A stretch of DNA of 64,000 nucleotides, taken from Bugula neritina. Lineage: Eukaryota; Animalia; Bryozoa. Location of the stretch: the NCBI GenBank assembly GCA_964035545.1, contig OZ037770.1, forward strand, positions 1,488,001 to 1,552,000, in the 5' to 3' direction. Numbering within the stretch: position 1 is the first letter of the stretch; each line of letters starts with the position of its first letter. A program made the position numbers and the translations under genes. Shown here one piece after another: positions 53,201 through 64,000 of this stretch. Under the pieces are notes generated by a model. That model was not told the origin of the DNA, searched no databases, and was given only the letters and a program-made list of their open reading frames with translations.

Positions 53201-56115
53201 AGTGATTACTACTATATGAAAATGACTTTGACTTAGGAGTCATAATTATAGTCACAGTGTTGATAAGTCAACAGTGTAGGATTAACACAGCACTAGACTA
53301 GTACTACCTCCAGCTTTCAAGTTTATGTTAGGGTATCTCTAAGACTAAAGAGTAACCCTAATAATGTAAGCAAAGAGCAGTGAGTAATAAGCATGCTATT
53401 CAACTTCAAGTTTCACTAGTACTATAACCAATACCACATGTATTTTAATAAAATTATGTAGCTGGTGAGTGAACTATAAAAATTAAATAGGGATCAAACT
53501 TTGAGCAATATTAATAGAAATAATATTAGGACAGAGGTTTCCAATTATTAGTATGTGAAACCAAAGGGGAATGGATAACCACTATTAGTATTATTACATT
53601 TACTTTATATTTAGTTTTACCAGTTCGTATTATGATTATCTTACTTTGAATTGTAAAGTATAATAATTATAATATTCATAGTAGTATATTTATATTAGTA
53701 ATTAATATGTATATTAGTAAAAACATTTGTTTTAAGTTGCTTGTTTATTAAATTATTCTAAATCCTAATAACGATAATCTTAATATTAGTGATAATCATT
53801 ATGCTCATCACTGTCCCCAAGTGCTATCAGTATGACCATCGCAATGTGAACCTAGACGTGAATGTAAAAAGGCACTGCAAAACAGAACATGGGATGGAGG
53901 CAGATATCCATACCATAATACAAATATCGATATTGAATTTGATAATCATAATTATTATACAAATATAATGATAATAACTACAATGATCAAAAATAAATAA
54001 TACCAAAGAGTTTTCGAATTACTATTCATAAAATCAAATATCACATTTATAAAGATATAATCATATCTATTATTAAATTTAAGTCAATTATACTAATAGC
54101 AATAGTAATATAAATAGAAAAAAGAATCATTGACCAGGAGTAGGTGCAAAATAAAAGTCAATTTTAAGACAAAGAGTAAGAAAAATACTAAATCGATATT
54201 TAAAATCACTTATTTTTAATCTTAGTCACTTACAGTCAGTCTTAGTTTAATTTTTACTACTAAGTCTTTAATTTCAAGTTCATTTTGACAATAAACTTGA
54301 AGACTTTAACTAAGAATATGTATAATTCAAAATTCCAAACTGGTACAAGTAAAAGTTGCTACTGAAGCTTTGTAATATTATTTTAAATTATTGGTATGAT
54401 AGCATTAATTTTGATTCATAGCAATACTGATAGTGACAATTTCAAACATACCCATACCATTACTGTTACAGTTTAAGTTACTATTGCCATTGTGATTGCC
54501 GGTAATGAGTAAATACAACTTAAATTTATATGACTATTACTATTACTATTAGTATTACTATCACTTTCAGTACCGGTCTAGTATCAGTATCACCTTAATT
54601 CAAAATCAATGTATAATTTATCAAATTACTTTCATATTATCATTTATCAATAATATGTCTATCACTATGATATTATCATGATATTGATTTTTAATTTAAA
54701 CATAATAAAATCATAGGTATAATCATAATGCTTAATTTTACTTTTAGTTCAGGTTCAATGATTTAAGAGTAAGTGAAAGTTACTATAACTATTGCCATTG
54801 TGATTGCTAGAAATAAGTAAATATAATTTAAATTTATATGACTATTACTATTACCAACACTCAGACTTACTCGGACTCACTCTGTCTCTAACTCTAAGTC
54901 TGAGTCTCACTCCACCAGAGTGAGAGTGACACTGAATTACTATAACTATTACTATAACTATTAGTATTAGTATTAGTATTAGCAAAATATATCAACCTTA
55001 TGATTATCTTATTAGTTATTACAATATGTTCGGCATTGATGTTGAACTAAAAATATTAATAGTTATTACAATCACAATGACAATGCCAATATGATCAAAG
55101 ACAAATCAAAATGATTCCAAGCAGTTTCAGTTTGAGTTTGAGTTGAAGGTAAGTTATAAGTTGAAGTAGTACGTAAGTGGTAGTTGATACTGATACTATC
55201 AGTGATAGGTCTATACTCCATACCAATGAACTCAATAATATTACCTATATATTACCATAAATTATATTACTATTAGTATTACCTATAATTAAAATATATT
55301 CTTTCTTTTCCAGCTCAGTGCTTCATACCCTCTACTTAGTCTAATGCCGCGCACATGACGAGAATGTGAGGTGAAGGTCACTCACAGCTAAAATCGCCAA
55401 GGATCTGTAATCCATCACTAGTAGTAGTAGTTCTAGTAGTCGTACTACCAGTAATCTGGCTTCGCTATGACACTACGAATTGAATGTTGACAAGACGCGT
55501 GCATGTTTGCTGTTGGTAAACTAATTTTTACTGAATTTTAATCATGCTAAGCTGCAACCTATTTTCTAATGAAATAATATATTCAATAATAATATAATAA
55601 ATATAATAATTATCATTATAATATTTTATCATTTAATTTTATAACTTTTACTTTTAGTTTTAGTATTTTGGTTTTACATCAAAATTTACATCATTATGAT
55701 TATCATTATGATTACAAAATGAAAATAATTATCATTAATCATTACCTTTTAATTTATGATTATAATTAATGTTAGAATTACCACAATTACAATCACAATG
55801 ATAATGGCATAATGATAATGGCATAATGCCAATGATAATCACAATCGTAACACTAATAATAATAGTAATAGTCAAACTCAAGGATTGAGCCAATGATTCA
55901 GATTGTCTAAATTTAATTAAATAAATTTCAGCTTTGGGTTTAACTTTACAGTTCACAATTTTATTTTACATTACGACTGAGAGTCACAGTAACTGTAAGA
56001 CTAAGAAAAAGAGTAAGTCATACCTTTCTTGCAGTTATTTTCAAAGTTTGTAATTGTACTGGTACAGTAGTAGACCTAGTAGTAGTACTAGTAGTAGTAG
56101 TAGTAACAGTACTAT

Positions 56116-56171
<56 letters not shown>

Positions 56172-58520
56172 CTAGTACTAGTAGCAGTACTAGTACTAGT
56201 TGTAGTACTAGTATCAGTGGTAGTAGTAATAGGACTGCGATCTTAGATGTAAGTCTAATGAAATACGAATAATAATAGTATAAGTATAACTTTTACATAT
56301 TTAGTTTTACTATAAGTGTAAATATAATGAGTAATAGTAAAACTCAAAGTATATACATTAACTCAGTTTAGCATTAATGATAAAATATAATAATTATAAT
56401 AAAGTAATATGATCACCATTACGATTATAATTAAAATTCTTAGTAACACTTTTATGATACTCAGTTTAATTTATTAATATTAAACATTAGTTTGGCTACC
56501 ACAAATAACTAATAAGTGCTACTATAGGTAACTGTAAAGATAAGTATAAATTTAACTATAACATAGACTATCAGCAATAATAATATATCATATTGATATT
56601 AAACTATATATGGATAATGCAAATCATAGATCATACCTCATGATAATTATTCCTAATGATCTTACTTTTTATATGCTGATGCTAATAAGTAGTAATTTTA
56701 AATTTGATAACTCATGAATGATGAATAAGATAACAAGAATAATACTGGACCTAGTAATACTATTAGTCCTACTACTAGAATTTTATTATCTTATATTTGT
56801 AATACGCTTCTTTTAGTAATACTGCTGGTCAAAGTTAGTGTTAATCATATTTATAGTTAAATGTTGAAGGAATAAATTAGTTTATAACATAAACATTTCA
56901 CTATGTGAATATGAAATTTAATATGAATATCCCAATTACACTTGCTGTTGCTCTTTAGAGACTAGAGTTATAACTTATAACTATGATATAATAATGAATA
57001 CCATTATTTTAACTAATCATATTACTCAGCTAATGTTAATGATAACTGTAAGTCTAAAAACCATTACGGTTATAGGTATCACTGACTAATATTATTAATA
57101 ATATAATCATTCGTTTTATACTTGTACCTATATTTATATTTATACTTATACCTATTTTTATACTTATGATCATATCTATACTTTCACGTATGCTTGTACA
57201 TTTTACTCATAGTATCAGGGTGGCAATCGAAAAGTCATAATCGATATGCTAATCTAATAATAGAACCAACTGCACTACTATTATTATTATTGTTGATTGA
57301 CCGTAGTTTTTTAGCTGGTGTAACCTTTTACCATTGGCCTAGTTATACTAGGCTGAAATGGCTAGAACTTTCCTCAGGATGTCAGCTTATCCTGATCCTA
57401 GTAAGGGTGTCTGCTGAATTAATGAGCATTTGTTTTCAGCTACTCCAAGTAGTGTCAGCCAGTCTACAATCTTGTATAAAGCTCCAAAGGCTCCAGTTAC
57501 AACGGGATAACTTTTTTGATGTTTTCCAAAGGCGGGTTTATTCTAGTGCTAAATTCTGATATTTTCCTAACTTTTCGAATTTTTTTCTTTTACTCTGTAG
57601 TTAACAGGGACTGTGATATCAATTATCGTTGTTTCAGCATTATGCTTGTCAACTACTAATATATCGGGTCTCCTAACTTTGATGACTACGTCAGTGTGTA
57701 TGTTAAAATCTTACAAGGTTTTCACATTATCATTTTCCAGTACTTATTCTGCTTGATGGCCGTACCAATTCTTACTTTTCTGAAACCCACGAAGTTCACA
57801 CAACTACTATTGAAATTATCAATGACAAAAGGTTGTTTTTTCTTATATTCTCCTTCTGCTACCTTCTCAAACTCACTCAATACATGCATCGAAGTTTTGT
57901 CTCTTGCGTTACACATTCCACACTTCTTGCTACCCTGTTCTCTCATCATAGCCACTTTATAATTTCTAGTAGTGAATAGTTGATTTTGCGCAACTGTCAG
58001 CAGTCCTTCTGTTTCCTTTTTCAGCCAACCATACTTCAACCAGTTCCAGGAAAATGCTTTCATGTCTTCCACCATTTTGATGTATTGACCACGTGAAGCT
58101 TTTCTTTACACTCATCAGTTCTTTCTATCACTTTATCATTATTTAGTTCTACCGCTGTTCTGTCTTTTAGGAAGGTATTCAGTGTGGTGTTTCTATCAGT
58201 CTATGTTATATTTATGTAGTCTGACATGCTGCAGTTTTCAATCTTTATGCATTTTTCAGTTGACAACATTCTTCTACCGCCTTCCCTTCTGCTAAAATAC
58301 AGCCTGCCTACATCTGCTCTCGGATATGGTGCACGGTTTGTTGTCATTAGCTTCCTTGTCTTTCAGTCTATATTTTTTAGCTCATGAAACAGTTCATTCA
58401 AGTATTCTATCTGTGTAATGCACTGCTGTTACTGCCCATGTGTTTATTGCTTGATTGTGTTCTCACCATTCAGTTTTGAATCCAGAACTTTTCTTATTTG
58501 TTTGTAGTACTCCTTGATCT
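47251..58520 (-). repeat. Arm B of large inverted segmental duplication
   Basis: Begins cagggcataatttcacag (reverse complement of 22370 end); homology with arm A ends at tgatct 58515-58520. Confidence 0.97.
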
Positions 58521-60210
58521 TATTTTTCATTTCATATATTTGTATTCCATCAATCTCAAGAACTCCTAGATATTTATACGACTTCTCACCCAGATCTTTG
58601 ATTACCTGTTCATCAGGCAAACTGATTCCTGTGTCCTTAATTTTCTTTCCCTTTCAAATTTCATTTCTATATTCCTTGTGAAGATCCCGGCAGTGTTTAC
58701 CAAAGCTTCCAGTTCCCACTTTGATTTCCTATTTACCTTCAGGTCATCCACATATAGGAGATGGTTTGTTTTCTGTCTCGTCGAAATTTGCATCATTGAG
58801 CCGCTTCTGTCATGCGAATCGGTAGTTGGAGAAAAGGGATAGAGATAAAGAGTCTCCTTGGAAAATTCTTAGTTTGATCTTTATTTCTCCTATCTTTTCT
58901 TCCAGGTATTTCAGTTGTGTTATCCAGGTTTCATGCTTTTTCTTATCAACCTTATGACATTAATTGCTATTCCAGTTGTTTGCATCGTTTCTAAGATCTA
59001 ATTTCCTTGTCTTTACATATGCTCCAATTTGTTGCTAACTTTATTTAATCATTCTGCATTGGTATTATTTTTAGTTGGCTGACCCCATATATTTTATCAG
59101 AATGCTTTTGATTTCCTTGTCAGGTGCCTCTTTAGATGTACGTATTCATTTCCTCGTAATTCTTGATAAAAGCGCTTATCATTGTAAACATTGTGTTCTG
59201 ATTATATTGATCAACTCATTCTGTATATCTGTTTATCTTCTGGCTTACAGCTCTCAGGTTTTGCTTAAGTTTTTCAATCACTACACCACACTCTTTGTTC
59301 TTTATCCTATATTTTTCTTCAACCATTCTTCTCAATGAATCATTGTAAGCTCTACTTTTTCACTCTGCTATTTTACTTAAGTCTGATCTAATTTCTTTTT
59401 ATTTCTTCTGCAGTCGTATTTTCCATACTTGTACATTGTCAGTTTTTCTTTTTCCTTTTTGTTACACACTTGTTCTGTTACTATTTTTCGCACAAGCCAT
59501 GGTGGTGTTATTAAGCTCAATGGTATTAATAATCTCAACACAGTTTAGCACATCATTAATCTGTTTTACTGCCTGTAGTAATTTGACCCTCTCAATGTGC
59601 CTAAGGGCTCTTAGTGTTGGTCGATCATTAGATAGTTTGTTATGCTCATTTATAATTTTTCTACTAACACTTTTTCTACCTCTGAACTAGGTACTCTTAA
59701 AATTCTCATGGCTGATTTATATGCTATCTCATGTTGTACTATAACATCCTCTATTTGCAAATTTAGCTCTTCATTATATCTTCTTCACCAATTGATGTGC
59801 CTAGTTCTTGCAAGGTTCCTTCTTCAATCTTATGGAGTTCTTCTTCCATAAAATGCTTGTGTTTCTTCATAGTTCTTGCTTAATCCGCTAGTCTCTATTC
59901 GCTGATGTTAAACTCTCCTCTGTTTTCCAGCGTTTGCACATTCTTTTTAAATAATTCTTTGATCCGGGTCTACAGAGCTCATACATTGTTTTTCTATAAC
60001 CTCTCAATTTGGGTGCACTTTTGAAGCAGCATTTCATGACAACTTTGTTTTCTTCTCTTGAGTATTTTCTTTTAGTTGTGCCATTAACGGGTTGACGGCC
60101 GTAGGTTGCCTGGCCCTCCACATACCCACTGCCAGACGAGACATGCCATGTTTAGTTGGACATACCATTAACGTCGTTGGCTTTATTAGTTCTATTTTAA
60201 TGGATCATAT
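57281..60210 (-). mobile_element. R4/Dong-clade non-LTR retrotransposon, both ends present, internally deleted and pseudogenised
   Basis: N-terminal KYSREENKVVMKCCFKSAPKLRGYRK, RT motifs IFQGDSL and NHLLYVDDLK, zinc knuckle and endonuclease; TAA repeats at both ends; front half of RT apparently missing near 59000. Confidence 0.88.
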
Positions 60211-62283
60211 TATTATTTTTAATTATTATTATTATCACTATCAGTAGCAAATAAATAATTTTATATTTGTTATTAGTTACTACTTATAGAAATTGAGTGC
60301 CACAGCTTGAGGGTTATAAAGTCAGTCTTAGTCAATGTAATGGGGATGCTGATACTGACATTTGGCTTTGAGCTCATAGTTAAATTGCTAACAACTATAC
60401 CTAAGGATAACAGGAGTGTTAAAATGTTAGTTTATAAGGATTATAACCTTAGAGTGGAGATATTATTCTCAATTTATTTAGTTTTTACTTTACTAACTTT
60501 TATTTTATTCATCAACCTTACTGTCTATTTAAATAGCAAACTAAAGAATAATTATGAAGGCCTTTGAATTGAAGTACTTTTCTGTAGCTGCATGATTAGA
60601 TTTCAAGTATTAAAATAACATACTAAGACAGAATACCATTATATGAGCTAGATTTATAAAGTAAAGAAGATTTCTTTGTTAATCAAAATATAGGTGTCAC
60701 ATATGCCTATTTTTAAGATTATGTTCTTATATGTGCTGTCTTTTTAATATTTTTAAAGTGCTACATTTTGAGGGTAGCCTACATCAATATGACTGCCCTG
60801 TAATTGCTTGTCAACTATAAGAGTTAGACCTATAAACTGTCTCATTTTCAAATTATCTTTACTTTTCTAATTGATGTTAACATGACTATTCCTATTAGTA
60901 TTTTGGTGTTTACCATTAGTAATGTTTGAACTAACATCAATATCATTGTTAATTTGTCTAATTATTCAAATTTTAATATTCATCATTTGTGAACAGTAAT
61001 AAAATTTTGTCTTTCTTAAATTAATGTGATGCTAGATTAGCTACTCTAGCAAGTGTGTATTGTGCAATGAGTACTAATGCCATATTTTTGCACTTCTTGT
61101 TCTATATAATTTAGATTTAAGGTAACAATTCCTAAAGCTATCACATAATGCTGCTATCAGTTATAAAGATGTCACTGATCCAAACATTGAAAACCAGCTG
61201 AGTGCATGCAAGGTTGAAAACTTATTTTCTCTGGTTAGGTAAGTAGAAAGGTATTTGCTGTAATTTACAACTATTTTGTTTTCAACATCCTTGATGTCCA
61301 TCTCTAAAAGATAAGTAGCACATAATGGTACCTGTTTTACTTAGCAGAAGAAATTATTGTCAAAGCTCTATTACTACATTTTAAATTGTATGACACTCTT
61401 TTGACTACATTTGATTTCATATCTCAAATAATTATATTTCTGACTCATGAAACTGTAACCACACACTTGAGAACAAAATAAATAATGATATGGAAGCTTT
61501 CTTTAACTTTGTCAATTTAGTCAACAGCCAATGACTGAAAACATGTTTTGTACACTATTGATTGCCTCTCTATTTCCGCTATAAGGCAGAAATTTTAATC
61601 TCAAAATTTAAGACACTGGCAATTCTTCCCAATAATACGTTGTTCAAAACAAATATTTTTTGCCAAGTAATATAGTATTTAATTATATTTTTTAGTCAAA
61701 GAAATTTGTTTGGTTTCTTGTGTCATCTTGAATAGGTTGTTATTCATTATCTTTTTCTTCGTGTTATGGCTATGAGTGTATATAACCTTTGCTGACAGGT
61801 TTTTCCCCCATCACTATATGTTTCTCTGTTTACTCTCTAACAGTTTTATTTCCGTTCATTTTTTAGAGTTTACTAAAATGACATGGGTGTGCTTTGTTGT
61901 GGCTCCTAATTGAGCGCATCCGTTGAGATTATTGGAAGTTTTGTTGAAACTGAGCTGAGGCCTCTTATTCCTAAAGGCAAGAATTTGAGTCATCTTAGCT
62001 ACTTGTAGCATATCAACATCGAACAGCACCATTCCACTACTCTAAGCTTACGGTTTTGGCTGCATTAGATCAACAGGTAAGTTTAATAGTTTGTATTTCG
62101 TACACTATTTCATGATGTCTGTTCAGCATTTACTTGGTAGCACACATTTATAGATTTTGCATTCTTTTAGTTTTTTGCAGTACAACTTTTCTACGCAACT
62201 ATTACACTGTTGTTGCTGTTAATTGTAGTTTATTCTGCTTGACCATGCAATTATTGAATTATGTTGCAAAGGTGATTGAGTCC

Positions 62284-62668
62284 TTTTATTTAATTTAGTA
62301 CACACTGGAAATCTGCAGTTTTTAGCCATTTTTACATTTTAGCTGCTAATGAACAATGCTTTTTGCTTAAAATTAGTGAGACATCAAGAAATACACCTAA
62401 ATAATCAAGGTTCTTCTTAATTTTGCATGATTTCTCATGTTTTTTCCTATTTATTCATTTTATTTGGATTGCCTACTGTTACAAACTAACCGTGGCGATC
62501 CCCAGTCAGAAGTTGCTGTAATTAGAAAAAAAGCATAGGAAATCAAAGAAAATTAAAAAGAGCCTTGATTATTTAGGTGTATTTATTGATATTTTTTTAG
62601 TTTCGGGCCAAAACTCATGTTCATTAGCAAAAACTTGAGATCTTCAGTATGTACTAACTTAAATAAAA
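62284..62668. mobile_element. Old fold-back MITE with ~160-bp imperfect inverted arms
   Basis: aatacacctaaataatcaagg / ccttgattatttaggtgtatt; tgctaatgaaca / tgttcattagca; ttttatttaa / ttaaataaaa. Confidence 0.75.
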
Positions 62669-64000
62669 TGAACCAATCCCAGTAAATTTCTGCATTTTCT
62701 AATACTTCTTAAATTTACACCTAAAATAGTGCTGTCTTAAGAAAATGACACTAGCTGCTGTTTTCATGTATGTGCCCCAATTGTATATAATGCTGTTGAT
62801 TTGTTTAGTGCTTTTTCTATTTGTTTGTTATATAACTTTTCTTTTATGGTTGTTGCCAGCACCTAAAGCATTATTCATTAGTGTCAATTAATTTCTACTC
62901 ACAGTTTTACTGTTACATAGTTTATAAAGCCCTTGTGTCAACTTTTCTAAATATCCTGGTTAAAATTGTTCTACTTGATGAATGGCATAGGGCATATGCA
63001 ATAGCAAAACAGTTGCAGGCTGTTTTGGAAAAAAAATTGTGCATATAACCTTTATTTTATACACGTTATTTAGGCTTTGGTAGAACTGTTGGAGAGCCTT
63101 CCTCTTGAATAAAGCTACTCAACTTCCCGGATTCTACTTTATTGACATTAACCCACTACCTACAAAACGCCTTGAAATTTAGCTAATAAATTATGTATTT
63201 TGTGATTTTTTTTAAATGTACAATGTTATGTATAAATTACAATCAGTTTATATATATATACATATCTTTTACTACTTAGTATTACAGTGTAAAAAGCATT
63301 TCAGGGTTAACAATTTAATTAATTGGCCCTAACAGTAATTATGTATAATACAGATTTGCAGATGCTTTAAATGAACCCAAAAAGCTGATGTTGTTAAACA
63401 GTGTACAAAATAGTCACCTCATATCAGCCAGACATGCTTAGTCATTACCTAGCATTAAAATCATATTATGAATGCAGTCAAGTTTTGATATACATCCCTA
63501 TTATTGATAGTTTGTGAACCAGCAATTAAATATCAAGAAGCAATATTACTAACCAATGTGCTGGTTAAAGAGTTTCAAGTTGTAGTTATAGTATCAAACT
63601 ATTATAATGGCATAAAAACTATCAGTTAAAACATCTTATTAATATTTACTACAGGAATACATATTATAGGTGTGCTAAAAATCTGGTAGAAGCATCAATT
63701 ATTTTAGATGTTTTGGATTTAGTATCTCTGTACTATAATGTAATATACAGAACATCAGGTGCTGTCTCCACAGTGCATTGATGGCACTAATGAATATTGA
63801 TACATGCAGGCAGTGTTGGTAATGATTTATTGAAATAGGAGTTTAAAAACTGTTTAAACAACAATAAAAAGCCTGAGATTAGTCCAAGGAGAGGGGTATT
63901 TCAAGCTAGCAGATGAGCAATATAGATGTGAAAGTCTTGCCTAAAAATCATTATTGTTATATCTAGTCATTAATTTCTTGCAATAGATCAATTTCACTAT

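Noticed and set aside
60080-60175. HDV-like ribozyme at the Dong 5' end
   Set aside because: Could not build the double pseudoknot by eye; element is degraded.
60791-60800. GACTGCCCTG as partner TIR of the CAGGGC ends
   Set aside because: Only 10 bp match to 47378 and no TSD.
61868-62076. AG...GTAAGT bounded exon-like block
   Set aside because: Stops in all three frames; no recognisable homology.

Overview
AT-rich, repeat-dense eukaryotic DNA, probably from an invertebrate animal (species not determinable). It has no long intact ORF, and most tracked ORFs are artefacts of microsatellites or repeats. Layout: (1) a decayed THAP/HTH PIF-Harbinger/ISL2EU-type transposase bracketed by an ~885-bp inverted duplication (1.5-5.0 kb); (2) an ~11.2-kb inverted segmental duplication (arm A 7795-22370, arm B 47251-58520) carrying an R4/Dong non-LTR relic, with two arm-A-only DNA-transposon insertions whose empty sites are visible in arm B; (3) in the ~25-kb spacer, ten 893/894-bp tandem units (26094-35025). 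The array looks like satellite DNA but, read on the minus strand, appears to be the repeated part of a micro-exon gene: each unit holds GT-AG-bounded, stop-free, phase-0 exons of 69 and 60 nt, continued upstream by diverged 30-69-nt exons back to a candidate ATG at 40999; (4) a (TA)n-associated ~200-bp fold-back element carrying a minimal hammerhead-ribozyme motif on each strand (43676-43880, partial copy 222-340). All calls are by eye; nothing was searched or computed.
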